A stretch of 64,000 nt of DNA from Octopus vulgaris. Its lineage: Eukaryota. The notes beneath the pieces are model-generated. The model was not told where the DNA came from and searched no databases. It was given only the letters and a program-made list of their open reading frames with translations. The stretch is from contig OX597835.1 in NCBI GenBank assembly GCA_951406725.2, positions 3,844,001 through 3,908,000 of the forward strand, read 5' to 3'. The position numbers and the translations under genes are program-made. Below, one piece after another: positions 1 through 15,004 of this stretch (within the stretch, counting starts at the first letter, position 1; the number at the start of each line of letters is the position of its first letter).

Positions 1-139
1 TGCAGCCGCCACTGTTTCTGGTTCGATCTCTCCAAGTGGTGGGGGAAGATCTACCTTCACCGGCGACCTCGAGTTAAGTGACTAACTAATTAGTGAAAGA
101 GTAGACGGAAACTGGGGAGAAGCCTAACCTGTGTGTGTA

Positions 140-201
<62 letters not shown>

Positions 202-212
202 CATATATATAT

Positions 213-250
213 ATTAGCAGAGATACCCGGCTTTGCTGGGGATTAAAATG
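213..250 (+). mobile_element. Possible Helitron-type non-autonomous 5' end fragment in (TA)n
   Basis: tattagcagagatacccggctttgctgggg resembles the aCTAGc..CCCGGCgTTGCxCGGG starts of animal non-autonomous Helitrons (recalled pattern). Confidence 0.3.
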
Positions 251-259
251 GCATAGTTT

Positions 260-540
260 TTTTTATTGTTTTACTTGTTTCAGTCATGTGACTGCGGCCA
301 TGATGGAGCACCGCCGTTCGTCGAACAAATCGACCACAGGATTTATTCTTTGTAAGTCTAGTACTTATTCTATGGGATATAAACTCAGTAGCATCGGTTG
401 TCAAGCAATGTAGGGGTGCAAACACAGACAGCCCCCCCCCCCCACTCACACACACACACAAATATACACATATATACAACAGTCTTTCAGTTTCCCTGTA
501 CGAAATTCACTCACAAGGCTTTGGTCGGCCTGAGGCTATA
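260..540 (-). mobile_element. SINE family A, 5'-truncated copy
   Basis: Reverse complement matches the 7641-8138 copy from tatagcctc to the gtcacatgactgaaacaagtaaaa tail. Confidence 0.85.
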
Positions 541-559
541 ATATATATATATATATACA

Positions 560-615
<56 letters not shown>

Positions 616-676
616 TATATACATATATATATATATATGTATGTATGTGTGTGTGTGTGTATATCCATATACATAT
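541..676. repeat. (TA)n/(TG)n microsatellite
   Basis: Direct reading. Confidence 0.95.
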
Positions 677-781
677 GGTCAGAGAACCTACTTCTTCGTT
701 ACCATTATAGAGTCAGAGACTTTTTAATGATCAGATTTAATCTGGTCGCTGTATGAATCTAGATTTTCATTTTTCAATGTA

Positions 782-953
<172 letters not shown>

Positions 954-1282
954 TTCTTGTTTTTGTTTTATTTATCATTAGCGTTTTACTAAAACCTCAA
1001 ATCAAAAGAAATTAATGATATATTTTTGGGCTGTTACTAATTAACAGTGTAGCCTTAATCAACTCACCACGTTTTTTACTATTCTATTATTATTAAATTA
1101 TTGGTTGGGACCACAAAAAAAAAAGTTTTTTAATTTATTTGGCAGAAAGTTTAATTAACAACAATTGTAGAGTAGAATGAAAACTAAAATGAACTTTCAT
1201 TGTTGCTGAAAAAAAAATAGAAAAGAAGGTGAAAGAACAACTGAAGAAAGAAATATTTGACTGTACTGTATATCAGAGAAGG

Positions 1283-1401
<119 letters not shown>

Positions 1402-2024
1402 GATAAGGAATAGCTATTTCCGACTTGTAATAAATTAATGAACTAATTAATAAAAATCAATTATTAGCAATAACGAATACAATAGAAGTCAATGAGGGAG
1501 CCTCGATGTGGTCTGTCAGCGTACTAGAAATAAAAACCATATCCCTCTCAAATTACGCATGACTGTTCTAGAAAAGAATATATTCTAGTTGCCTGGAAAG
1601 GACTGGGTTGTTATGGTTGGATTGATTTTGATCATAGATCTGGTTAAAAAGAGTTGACCTAGGGTTGAAGACCACCATCACCAACTACAACAGTAATGAA
1701 GCCTATATTCATCTCTTCTCTTGGGTTTTCCATCTTAAAGCCCGACAGAATGGTAAGAAAGCGATCATTCAGATTCGATTGTACTTGGCAAATACTCTCC
1801 ACTGCATAGTATAGTGTTGGGTTTTGTTCTGTTCTAATTAAATTTGTCAGTTCAAATCCTGCCCTCAGTTTACCTTTCACACTTTATTTCCCTTGGGATC
1901 AATAAAATATTTACTAAGCATGTCCGGAAGTTAACGAAATTGCCAACACCCTATCGACAAACGTGTGTCTTGAGCGTTCAACTCCTGACAGACTTGTAAC
2001 GGCACCATCGTGACACGGCGCGTC

Positions 2025-2073
2025 ATGAGAGCCCGTACTTCACCAGATCTGACCACGGCTAATTACTTCTTCT
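2025..2073 (+). pseudogene. Tiny Tc1/mariner transposase relic
   Basis: Translates RTSPDLTTANYFF, similar to the WPxRSPDLxPxDFF motif; followed by (GACA)n. Confidence 0.3.
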
Positions 2074-2085
2074 CGAGACAGACGG

Positions 2086-2127
<42 letters not shown>

Positions 2128-2736
2128 GGATAGACAGACAGACAATTACTGGATCGATTTCATCAACTAAACCCCACAAAGCGTTGTCCCCAGGTATTTC
2201 AGCAGGTATTTATTAAGTCAGAGAGTGCAACGGATCATATGATAAATGAGTAGTAAGTAAGATTTTGAAGATTTTTTTTCTATGAAAAAATATTTTCATG
2301 CAGCTTTGCCGCAATATTCATGTTGAATCTATGGAATATTTTAAAGAAATTTCATAGCATGTTGAATTTTGCTTCATTGATCTGTGCCTCGAGCGAAGCT
2401 GCGCCGACGATTCCAAGCGTTTACGCCGGGCAGAAGTCATACGAGCAGCGCGGCGGCTCCAATACAAAAGGAACAAAACGTTTCCATTATGTCAATTCAC
2501 TGCAACATAACGATATTCTGGTGGTCTGAAGAAAAATAGCCATTTTTATTTATATTTATTTGTAAATGTATAAGTGTATGCGTAGCATACATATTTGTGC
2601 AGACATATAATATAATTTATAATACACTAAAATTATTATTATTACACAATGGAGGTGGCGAAACAGCTGTAATCTTAAAGATAATACATGGTTAAATAAA
2701 TAGATTCGCCTCCCATAACCTCTGACATTTATGGTT

Positions 2737-3234
<498 letters not shown>

Positions 3235-3439
3235 GGACACACCCACATACTTTTTAATTGTATTTCTTTTCTAATTGTTCTCACTAATTAGTATATATAC
3301 TGTTCTTTCTTTGCCTATTTTTAATTGAGACATTTCTTACTATTTCCAAGTCAATCCACGTTGATCCTTGTTACGAATTTTGTAGTTTGTATCAGATATT
3401 AGCTACGTCATCAACAACATACGCGAATCTCAGAATGTG

Positions 3440-3473
3440 ATAAGGGAATAAATTCAGTATAACAACACATAAG

Positions 3474-3505
<32 letters not shown>

Positions 3506-3576
3506 CACACATATATATAGGCATAAATACATGCATGCATAGTCATTCGTATATGTGCGTATATATATATATATAT

Positions 3577-3628
<52 letters not shown>

Positions 3629-3657
3629 GCATATATACATATATGTATACGTATGTA

Positions 3658-3690
<33 letters not shown>

Positions 3691-3743
3691 GCATGTGTAT
3701 ATATATATGTATATATATATATATATATGTATATGTGTGTATT

Positions 3744-3818
<75 letters not shown>

Positions 3819-3850
3819 TATGTGTGCATGTGTGTGTATGCCTGTATGTA
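3440..3850. repeat. Compound (CA)n/(TA)n microsatellite
   Basis: Direct reading. Confidence 0.9.
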
Positions 3851-3994
3851 TTCGTTTCAGTTTTTGGCCAAGATACGATATCTCAGATCCAATCTAAGAT
3901 GTTTCGTTGAAAGTGAAGCAATTACATCATTCTCGAATTTTCGTAGCCATTAAAACTACATATACTGTGATATGCAGTTTCTATTCCCAATGCT

Positions 3995-4062
3995 TCATCA
4001 TCATCATCATCATCGTTATTATTATTGTTATCATTATTGTTATTATTATTATTATTATTATG

Positions 4063-4104
<42 letters not shown>

Positions 4105-4120
4105 GTTATTATTATTATTA

Positions 4121-4202
<82 letters not shown>

Positions 4203-4209
4203 CATTATT

Positions 4210-4251
<42 letters not shown>

Positions 4252-4252
4252 C
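3995..4252. repeat. (CAT)n/(ATT)n/(AAT)n microsatellite
   Basis: Direct reading. Confidence 0.95.
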
Positions 4253-5100
4253 TTGACAAAATGTCTGCAAATATTTGTTGAAAAAGACAATGCATATCTG
4301 CTTTTAATGGTTGCGATGATTCAATTTTCACACACACACTTACACCATTCACTCACACACACACAAACATTATGTATTATATATATATACACACAGATTA
4401 TTGTGTGTATATATATATATATATATATATCTGCGCACTCTTAAACCGCAGCGTCCCGGTCGCTTTTAATGATGCTCTACGTCATCTCTCATTGAACATC
4501 TTTACGACGGGGCCACTTAAAGAGTTTAACCATTTCGTTAATATTTTAATACGAAGCTGTCTTCCTTGAAATACTTATTACCTCCGCCATAATGAAAGAC
4601 AAGAATGAGACACGTTTCTCGTTCCTCAGTCCTTCTTTCTGCATCTCTTTTACTCCCTCTCTTTTCTTACTCTATCTCTCTCTCTCTCTCTCTCTCTTTT
4701 TCCATCTCTCCTCGTGCCTCATATCTTTTCTTCCTTTCTGTTTTCTAACTCATCCTTTCTGCCTCTCCCATGTCGTATAACTCCCCCCTCCTCCTCCCCA
4801 CCCTCTCCTCCTCCCTTCTCTATCTCTCTCTCTCTCTTTCTCACTCCCTCACATCTTGTATCTCTTCTTTTATCTCTTCCATATCCTCTTCCTCCTCCTT
4901 CTCCTTCTCCTCCCCTCCTCCCCTCCTCCTCCTCATTCTGCTCATCCTGTTCTATCTCTCTCTCTCTCCTACTGAAAATTTTTTTCTGCAATAATGAAGA
5001 TCAGATTATCTCATTTGTCTGGAATGATCTACAATTTAAATGTATTTTTAACGACTGACATGATCATCATCAGCAGCAGTAGCATCACTCTTAACCTCCC

Positions 5101-5133
<33 letters not shown>

Positions 5134-5643
5134 CATCATCATTACCATCATCATCACTACCATCATAAACATGTGGCTTTCATCTGCTATAGTATTTACC
5201 ATATAGTTTTAATTTACTAAGGTGTAAAAACTTCTACAAGTTTTTTGTTTGTAAATGTGAGTGTATATATGTGTATAGATATGTGTATGTACTTTTGTGT
5301 GTAGGGCGTATTTCTGTGCATATCTCTATGCAAATATGAGTGTGTGCATGTATGTGTATCCGTTTGTGTATTTTCGCATCTTAGGTTTCTTCCATTCGTT
5401 TTTTTGTTTTTGTTTTTGTTTTCTCTTTGTTTCTACTTCGTGTTTTAAAAATTTATTTTCTTCTTCATTTTTATTCATTTATTTATTTTTTTTTTCAATT
5501 TTAGGATTTTGTGGAATTGAATGTCATCAATTTTTATCTCGCTGGTTGTGTGTATGCGTGCTCGTGTGTGTTTGTATACATATATGTAGTTGTTTTTTTT
5601 TTTTCTAGAGAAGCCAGCAGATTCTGTTGACCGCACAGTAAGC

Positions 5644-5712
5644 ATGTACGACGGATTAACCACGAATGCTTTAAAACGCACTATGTACAACAAACACATT
5701 CGTTTAGACCTA
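5644..5712 (+). pseudogene. Possible GIY-YIG endonuclease relic of a Penelope/Neptune element
   Basis: With one frameshift reads YDGLTTNA(F)KTHYVQQTHSFR, similar to YIGLTxxxFKxRYxxHxxSFR. Confidence 0.3.
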
Positions 5713-5769
5713 AATGCCTGAATAACGCGATATTTCTTTAAATAAAAAAAAATAAATAAATATAAAAAC

Positions 5770-5997
5770 AGGCGCAGGAGTGGCTGTGTGGTAAGTAGCT
5801 TGCTAACCAACCACATGGTTGTGGATTTGGTAGACGGAAACTGAAAGAAGACTGTCGTATATATGTATATATACATGTATGTGTTTGTCTCCCTAGCATT
5901 GAAGAATAAGTCCCGGGGTCGAGTTGCTCGACTAAAAGGCGGTGCTCCAGCATGGCCGCAGTCAAATGACTGAAACAAGTAAAAGAGAGTAAAAGAG
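5770..5997 (+). mobile_element. SINE family A with two internal deletions
   Basis: Head ggcgcaggagtggctgtgtggtaag and tail gtaaaagag intact; central segments missing versus 7641-8138. Confidence 0.85.
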
Positions 5998-6169
5998 AAA
6001 GATCAGCGTGATACAAGCATCAGAAGAATTACCTAACACGTCTAACAATTTATTAACTCGCCAAAGGTTGAGAGTTCACCCGGTCACTGTTACCTTCGAA
6101 GTTTGTTATCGTTTATTAATAGTTGGCCACTTAATGCGCCGAACGAAATGCTTTACGACAGACAATAAT

Positions 6170-6335
6170 TTTGTTTTTCAACCTTTCGGGTCGCTAAAAT
6201 AAAGTATGAACAGTTACTGGGGTTGCTAAAATAAGTACCAGTTATGTACCGGGATCACTAAAATCGACTACTCTCGCCGCTCCCTCCACCCGCCACTAAG
6301 AATAGAATGAGGCCTTGTGCCTATGTAATGAATCG
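6170..6335 (+). mobile_element. Old SINE family B fragment
   Basis: cctttcgggtcgctaaaataa..aagtaccagtt..gccttgtgcc matches the family B body. Confidence 0.5.
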
Positions 6336-6854
6336 TTATCAAAGACTGCATATAAGTCAGCCTCGTCCGTCCAGCTTAGTTTTACGGCAAATCTCTAATC
6401 GTTATAAAATATGATATACCAATTAATACAAGTCTTTATATGCCTGAAATCATCTGGCGACACGGTTAATTTGCATTAAAAACACCGGAGTTAAGCAGGG
6501 ATATGCTTGGTTACCATTTCAATGAGTGTTTATTCAAAAAAACCTTCTCTCTGTCTAAACATGTTGTATATCTTTATTTAAAGAGGCGAAGCTTTCTAAA
6601 TAATTCTAGCAGTTTATCTCTCTTGGAAATGACAACAGAATCAAATCTAACTACAAACAGTCAAGGATCAAATGAACGCTACAGCATCGTATTTCTATTT
6701 CGCTAGAATACAAATTGTTTGATACAAATTGTTGTTGTTGGTAACTAGCTGGTGGTTAATTTTTATAAAGTAGACCTATAATCAATAGTGTTCCGGCCGT
6801 GACCATCTTGTCTGTGTGTATTAGGAACTTCTCTGTGAATGTAACGTTAGCAAG

Positions 6855-6975
6855 AGTGCAGCCCTGTGCTTAGTGTCGGGTTCACAATCGTAATGTCGTG
6901 CTTTCGATTCTTGGACCAGGTGCTGCCTTGATTCTTTGAGCAAGGCGCTTCATTTCTAGTTGTACCAGTCCAGTA
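6855..6975 (+). mobile_element. Old tRNA-derived SINE head, family E-like
   Basis: gcttagtg..ttcgattct..ttctttgagcaaggcgcttcattt resembles the head of 27284-27837. Confidence 0.45.
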
Positions 6976-7046
6976 ATCTCTCTCTCTCTTTCTCTCTCTC
7001 TCTTTCTCTCTCTCTCTTTCTATCTCTCTCTTTCTCTCTCTCTCTG

Positions 7047-7091
<45 letters not shown>

Positions 7092-7640
7092 ATCCCACCC
7101 TGGAAGCTCAGCCGAGTCAATGGTTGGAGAATTCGCGACCACAATGACGCCAAGAACAATCTGGGAAACCATAATTCATGCTACCAAGTTTTCTTCGATA
7201 CAAATTGACAGTTGTAAGTCTGTGATTGGAGGGAGATTTGGCTGCAATTTCTCTCCGATAGTCGGTTCGAGTAACTTCATATTGTAATAGCTAGTGCCTA
7301 TATAATATACTGTAATGTATGGAGTTTCAATAATCAACATATTCACCCATTATTGCAGTGTGTTGACAATTGATATACAGTCAATACACAGGCAACAAGC
7401 TGTTTACAATTACAATATTTAGCTTTGTTTCATTTTGGTCTGATTTCAAATCCTATCGGGATGACCTGGCTCTTATTTCCAGCATTTGAAATGACTTAAT
7501 AGAGATTCCCTTCTTGGTTCTTAAGTTTTATTTCGCATACCCTCGGGTATAAAATTCGGGTTTCGTGTAGACTAGACACTGATATATAGGGGCGGTGGGG
7601 TTAGATGACATAGAATGATGTCATTTACGTGACTCTCATG

Positions 7641-7803
7641 AGGCGCAGGAGTGGCAGTGTGGTAAATAGCTTGCTTACCAAGCATATGGTTCCGGGTTCA
7701 GTCCCACTGCGTGGCACCTTGGGGAAGTGTCTTCTACTATAGCCTCGGGCCAACCAAAGCCTTGTGAGTGGATTTGGTAGACGGAAACTGAAAGACGCTC
7801 GTC

Positions 7804-7882
<79 letters not shown>

Positions 7883-8138
7883 TGTATGTGTGTGTGTGTG
7901 TAAATATATATATATGTACGTGTGTGTCTGTGTTTGTCCCCCCCCCCCAATATCGCTTGACAACCGATACCAGTGTATTTACGTCCCCGTAACTTAGCGG
8001 TTCGGCAAAAGAGACCGATAGAATAAGTACTGGGCTTACAAAGAATAAGACCTGGGGTCGATTTGCTCGACTAAAAAGGCGGTGCTCCAGCATGGCCGCA
8101 GTCAAAATGACTGAAACAAGTAAAAAGAGTAAAAGAGT
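7641..8138 (+). mobile_element. SINE family A, full length (tRNA-derived head, CORE-like domain, internal microsatellite)
   Basis: A-box-like tggcagtgtggt, B-box-like ggttcagtccc, gcaccttggggaagtg CORE-like segment, (TA)n(TG)n slot, (gtaaaaga)n tail; more than 12 copies in the window. Confidence 0.9.
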
Positions 8139-8241
8139 GTGTTGCTTTTGTGGAACTTCCCAATAAATAAACTCTAGCGAATGTTGTGAAAAGTCCTTTG
8201 TTCCGCTTCAGTACGTAACAATGAATGTGTGTGTGTGTGTG

Positions 8242-8294
<53 letters not shown>

Positions 8295-9148
8295 CGTACA
8301 TTAATATAGATATATGTATGCAGTTATGATTCTTTCATGTATATGTATGTGGATATATATATATACTTATACATGCAGAGACAGAAACAAATCTTTTAAT
8401 ATGCAATAAAACGTTTTATATGAATAATATAAGTATTGTTGCAGCAGCTGCTACTGTTGTTGTTGTTGTTGTTGTTGTTGTTGACTGTCAAAGATTTTCC
8501 GTAACTTGAGAACACAGAAGTAATTCGATTACAAACCGGAAGCTTTTCATTTATTTCGTTAATACTTTTTCGGAGGCATGGGAACTTAATAAACTTCCAT
8601 TTCTTTATCCTGACGTAATTAAACAGTCCAGTAAAGATAATCAAATTACCAAGGTGTGAGCTGTAGCCAAGGCCAAGTCACATGACTGAATACATCTCAG
8701 TTTTCGTGGTTGTCTGTCTGTTAGTATTTCTAGCAAAACCAGTGTCACATTTTGAACACGTGACAGTTTACAATATTTACACGCTTCGCAGGCTCGCTGG
8801 ATATAGTTATGGTTGCAACAGAAAAAAGAAACCAATCAATAAACGTAATTCGAACACTGATGTTTCTAAATAGAAAATATGAAGAAAATTATTTCGAAAA
8901 TATAATATAAATTTTATTTTTAAATAACAATAGGGACAGCCCAAAAAAAATACCACCACAACCAACAAAGACATTCTGTCATTTCGTTAACGTTGTGTGT
9001 CAAGAAGAGCAACTTGGATTAAGTCAGCTCAAGGAAAAGGTGAAGGAGTGGACGAAGCGTGTGACAAAAGGCAGTACCTCCTTGCTCGACGAATATTCCA
9101 GGAAAGGTGAAGAGAAAGGGGACTTAACTTTGTTTTACAAAAAATGGC

Positions 9149-9405
9149 ATGGATTATTTCGTGTCGTCAACAGACAGGATGAAGGAGATCATGGGTTATG
9201 TGCGTCAGGGTGTTTATTTCAGCGACTTGGACAAGACGAATCGATTAAACACCAAAGCTTGTCAAAGCCAGATGAGCTTCTTCAGTGCCAATGCAACCAT
9301 AGCCTGGCGAGGTGGGCACCGACAGGATAACTAAAACCAGGGAATTCACAAAGGAAGCTCAAGAACGTTATGGATAGAAAAGATTGTTAAAAAATATTTC
9401 AGGTA
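9149..9405 (+). pseudogene. Decayed Gypsy/Ginger-type integrase zinc-binding region
   Basis: MKEIMGYVRQGVYFSDLDKTNRL then, across frameshifts, H..GGH/RITKTRE..QERYG*KRLLKNI, matching the H-x-GGH-G-xxKT..RYYW pattern. Confidence 0.45.
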
Positions 9406-10769
9406 CCCCAACAGCAGAAATATTTTGGGAAAATGGAAGATATATGCATATCCGCCACAGTCTTCTGCGCAGTTTTTCCTTAATCAGATTCGACTTGTAG
9501 GTCATTAGTAAATCCGTGATATTTGATTGATGACAGCTGGCCAAAGCGCCATAGCGTGAGGTCGAACTATAACCATGTCGTTCCAAAGGGAATTTCATAA
9601 CCAGACAACCAAACCAAGGCCGATTTGGTTATCATGTGTGTGATTAGGTTATCATGTGTGCGATTAGACCGAGATTGAACGTAAGAACTTATATTTTGCA
9701 TCTATGTATACATGGCACTGATTAAGAGACTAAATCTTTAATAAAAAAAAATACTTTGTCAAGAAAAATTAAAACAAAAATAACAAAAAAGGGTATAAAA
9801 AGTTTAATTATCAGAAACTATTTTCCATCATTGAAGACGTTAGTTCCAGTTGAGCTGAAGAATCTTTTGTTTAAAATAACCCAGTTTGCTTTTAACAAAA
9901 AGTGAGAAAGGGACACGAGGCTTTCACGAAACAATAGAGATTTATTTCGCATGTTTAAACTTCTTTTTTTCTTTTCTTTCCTGTGCGATTTTTTTTTTTT
10001 TAGCGGCTTCAGATTCTGTCGAGATATTTTAATAAGATCTCTAAAGTAAAGTTGTTCAGAGATAAAGAACTTCTAGTTTATAAGGAGATAAGAAGTGTGA
10101 AATCACATGTACGAAACGTTGTCTTTAATAAACAAACAATCCACAAAACAACTTCGTTTCGTTTCTTTAATTTTTCTTGTGTTTTCTTTATCTTTTTTAT
10201 CTTCTCTTTGTTATTCGTTTTCTTTTCGTTATTATCATTATTATTATTTAGGACTTCCTTTCTCGTTATCACTCTTTTATTTTATCTCCCCACCCACCAC
10301 TTTCTGACTTTTGTTCTTTCTCTCTTGTTCTTCCCTCCCATCTTCTTCTTTATCTCTATCTTCCTCCCTCCCACCTTCCCCCTCTCTTTCCCAGTCCCTT
10401 CTTTCTTTTTAGCTCATTCCCCTCTTTCTATCTGTCGCAATCTCTTTTTTTTTATTTTCTTATTTTTCCTTCTGGATTTTCTTCTGAATTTAAACAAGTC
10501 GAGACGGACGCCTTTACTTTATATGAAATAAATAACCTCTTTGATGTGTTCCCTCTTAAACCAGCCCCCAGAAGTGAGACCGCAGACACGTAGCCAACCC
10601 AAGTTGGATCACCCAAACAGCCGACATTTGCTGTTACTTAACATATCACCTGTTAAGAGCAGGGTGGGAGTTAGAGATTAGCAAATCAATGATATTTCGT
10701 CATTCTTCGCCATTGTTTGATCTGATCCACCATTACATTGACAAAGTTGGGAGGGCAGCTTTTCTTTTC

Positions 10770-10961
<192 letters not shown>

Positions 10962-11369
10962 ATCTCTATTTGTCTATGTATCTTCTCTCTTTCTCTCTCA
11001 GAATTATTTTTATTCTTCGCAGAATTCAAGTCAGTCACTAACAAAGACACAAGATTTGTTTGTGTCTGAGTCAAGTTAATGTTTGTAAAGATGTGGTTGC
11101 ATCTATGGTTATATTGGCACTTCTGTTTCTTTTGGACACGAATTTCTGCGTTTCGTTACACTTTTGTGTGGATGTCATATATACACAAGCTTGTGTACAA
11201 GCTCATTCCAGGAAACTCAAATGCGAGATGTTTGCAACTGTTTCACAAAGATTCCTTCTGCCACTAACAGATTAAATTTGGAGGATACAGATTAGTTTGC
11301 TTTGTTCTTTCTTGGAGAATCCCGGCAGACCCTAGTGCACCTATGGTACCTGGTGTAAACAAGGATTCA

Positions 11370-11870
11370 TCACCATGACGGCCATTGCAGTAAGTTCCGC
11401 CTTGATTCATCATTGATGGTTTTTTTCCTTACAACTTTTCCTGCCAATGTTCTTGGTTTCTTCTCTTTTTGCAAATTTCGTGTGTCTGATATTTCGCTGA
11501 TGTAACCAATGTTTCTACCCACGTTTCTGCTTAAATACTCAGAGAAGCAACTCAGAGGTTCTTCACTGTCTTTCAAGATGTTACGATTTTTACCGTTGAT
11601 TACACATGCGATCTACTCATTTCTCCCGTTACTACTCAATAGGTGTTGTTTGAACAATAGCATACGGCACTCAGAAATCGTTTGAACTAATCTTGTGTCT
11701 CTACTTCTAGTCCTTCCTCTAACATGGAACATGTTAGTGCTATTGTTCAGGCGGAAGCCATCTATGATGATTGATATCTTCCTCGTCTTCATGTCCAAGT
11801 TGCAGACATTTCCAACCATCCAGTCTAGTATCCCAAGCGTTGGTATTAGCGCTGATGCAACATAAAACGG
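11370..11870 (-). pseudogene. Decayed RLE-class (R4/Dong-like) non-LTR RT C-terminal fragment
   Basis: ALIPTLGILDW..NLDMKTRKI..FHVRGRTRSR..ECRMLLFKQHL resembles PVLTYSFG..W..LDxKTRK..RLYxxRxxGGRGL. Confidence 0.55.
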
Positions 11871-12306
11871 ACGATATGGGATACAATCTGCTGGAATGCA
11901 GACAGTTCTGACTTCTTCAGGTTTGAAGTCTGCTGAGGAATTCCTTTGTCATTCTGGTTTTGCTCACAGAATCAACGTATGCAGTGTTCTTGCCAATTCC
12001 TACTTAGAGAAATCATCATTGTATTGTCTTCTTGTCTTGAGACAGTATTCACCCGGGGTGGGTTGAGCTGGTTTCATTCATCCTCAATGCTGCATCTCTC
12101 ACATGCAGCATCTTTTCAATTCATTATTGGAGACAAAATGGACCAGCCATTGAGATTAATAATCCTCGATATTTACCTTACTGTATGCATATTCATATGT
12201 ATATGCCCGTCTGTCTGTCTGTCTGACTGACCGCATGTCTGCTTATTTTGATGTGCGCGTGTGTGTGTGGGGGGACTATGCTCCCCCCCCCCCACATTAC
12301 TGCGTA

Positions 12307-12710
12307 GGCTGAGGACGCTCGACCTTTATTCTCTAGAAAAACGCCGCCGCCGTGGTGATCTCATTCTCGCCCACAACATCATAAGCGGAAAGTGTAACCT
12401 CTTGAAAGAGCTGTTCTTCACTCCTGCTCCGGAGCGTCGGCTGCGGGGTCATTCCGAAAAGCTCTACCTGCGACGATTTCATCTCAATCGAAGGAGAGGG
12501 GCTTTCTCCGTCCGGGTTGCGGATCCGTGGAACAAGCTGCCAGACGAGATGGTGAAGATGACGACGACCGCTTTGTTCAAAGCCTCCCTTGACCTCAAGT
12601 GGCCTGAACTCTTTACATGAACACCACCCTGTACTTAACTCCATGTCCCCCTACATGGTCTTGCTATTTGCTTTTGAGCCAAATTAACTAACTAACTAAC
12701 TAACTAACTA
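12307..12710 (+). mobile_element. 5'-truncated CR1-clade LINE 3' end with (TAAC)n tail and TSD
   Basis: LDLYSLEKRRRRGDLI..RGH..FSVRVADPWNKLP..FKASLD is the typical CR1 ORF2 C-terminus; 13-bp TSD acattactgYgta at 12294-12306 and 12711-12723. Confidence 0.9.
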
Positions 12711-13215
12711 ACATTACTGTGTATACATTCACGTTTTTGCATAATTTGTATAAATTTGTTTTTACAGGAAACATAACCATGGATATCATTTCTGTGATAT
12801 GCAGAATGTTTCTCTTCCAGATCTTTGCGAGGGTACGGTGTGGTCCACCAATTCTGGAGTCGCCTGGGAGGTTATCGGGAGACAAAGACTTAATGAAAAC
12901 CTCACTGCTGACCCGTAGTATATTTTTTTTCTCTTCTCTTTTCTTCCTGCCGTTTGTTCAGCAGTTATGGAGTGGGTGATGCTATCTAATCAACCGAATA
13001 GTTATCGTCGAGACCGACGGAAATCCTTTTAATTTCTTAATCCCAAATGCGCCAGTTTTATATTGCTTCGGTTTCTGCTTAAAACTCAGACTTTTGTTTC
13101 CTGTGTAAGAAAGGTTTTGAATAGGTGGCGGTGGGTAGTGGGTGGTGGTGGCGTTGGAGTATGAGGGTATATTTCCGAGGAAAACAACAAAACAAAAATA
13201 ACACCCAAAGAATAT

Positions 13216-13482
13216 CAACCACCACCACCATCATCACCACCACCACCACCACCACCACCACCACCAACACCATCATCATCATCACCACCACCACCACCAC
13301 CACCACCACCATCACCACCACCACCACCACCACCACCACCACCACCACTACCACCACCATCACCACCATCACTATCACCACCACCACCAACAACACCACC
13401 TTCACCACCATCACCACCATCACCACCACCGCCACCATCACCATCACCACCACCACCATCACCACCACCACCACTACCACAA
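13216..13482. repeat. (ACC)n/(ATC)n microsatellite
   Basis: Direct reading. Confidence 0.95.
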
Positions 13483-13654
13483 AGCGCCTAACCTCGCCAT
13501 TACTACAACCACCTGATATCTCTTCGGCAATCATCACTACAACGTTATATCTTCTAACGGTTTAAAAAACATTTAACAGTATTCCGTTCATCATTATACA
13601 CATCCATTACATTCTGTTAAAATGTTTTATTGAGGAGTTTGGTTTCTTTCTTTC

Positions 13655-13741
13655 TTTCTCTGATGAGAAGATTACCTTGTTTTACACCATTTTATTCCTT
13701 TGGAAGAATACCAATGTTGTCTTCGAAACATGTGTCGGAAG
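13655..13741 (+). ncRNA. Type I hammerhead ribozyme, canonical core, long stem II insert
   Basis: UUUCU-CUGAUGA-GAAGAU..(46 nt)..GUCUUC-GAAA-CAUGU-GUC-GGAAG; GUC cleavage triplet; (TA)n begins about 35 nt downstream. Confidence 0.6.
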
Positions 13742-14312
13742 TAAAAGAATTTGAATAACACCTGCGTTTAACTCCATATATATATATATATATATATAGC
13801 TATACGTGGTCTGGTACATAGCTATAAGGGCTACAAATATTGGGATTAGAAATGTAACTGACCAAATCAACCCAGCACTTAACTGCTACTTTATTTGGCA
13901 GGCGCAGAAAGGATGAATAGCAGTAGTTGATGTAAATAGATGTAAATAATAAAAGGAAATGCTTGAGCCGATTGTTTGTCAAATTTGCTTTAGATAACAA
14001 TTGCATACGTGAGAGATGTCTGTCCCAAAACAACTTTCCATACGAGACAGACTCATCAAGTGGCAACTATTGTACACGCACATACACACACACACACACA
14101 CACACATACACACACACACACACACACTCACGCACACTCATTGTTTTGTTATCGACACTTAGTAACCCTAGACACACACACACAGATACATTTTTGAAGT
14201 CATAGAGATAGTATTATGTCTCTTTTCCGTTTTTGGTGGAATCAACAACAAAAAAGTACTTCATACTGTGAGAGACAAATATCACTTACACCACATGCAC
14301 GTTCATCAGTAT

Positions 14313-14634
<322 letters not shown>

Positions 14635-14643
14635 ATATGTATA

Positions 14644-14714
<71 letters not shown>

Positions 14715-14739
14715 GTAAGTATATCTATGTGTGTGTGTG

Positions 14740-14946
14740 TATGTTTGCCACCCACACTCATCACTTGACAACCGATGCTGTTATGTTTACGTCCCGTAAT
14801 TTAGCGGTTCAACAAAAGAGACGGATAAAGTAAGTACTAGGCTTACTGGTAATAAGCCCTGGGGTCGATTTCTTCGACTAAAACCCTTGAATTTGGTGCT
14901 CCAGCATGGCCGCAGTTCTATCACTCAAACAAATAAAGAGTAAAAC
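14740..14946 (+). mobile_element. SINE family A, 3' half (diverged)
   Basis: cttgacaaccgatgctg..ggtgctccagcatggccgcag. Confidence 0.75.
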
Positions 14947-15004
14947 ATTACACACACACACACACACACAAATCTATATTTAGCTCGTTCTATTAAGAAT
15001 TGGG

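Noticed and set aside
12685-12712. (TAAC)n as a telomeric repeat
   Set aside because: It is the CR1 3' tail, bounded by a TSD
12810-12840. Microexon (ttccag..gtacgg)
   Set aside because: Splice-like signals alone are insufficient; no partner exons found
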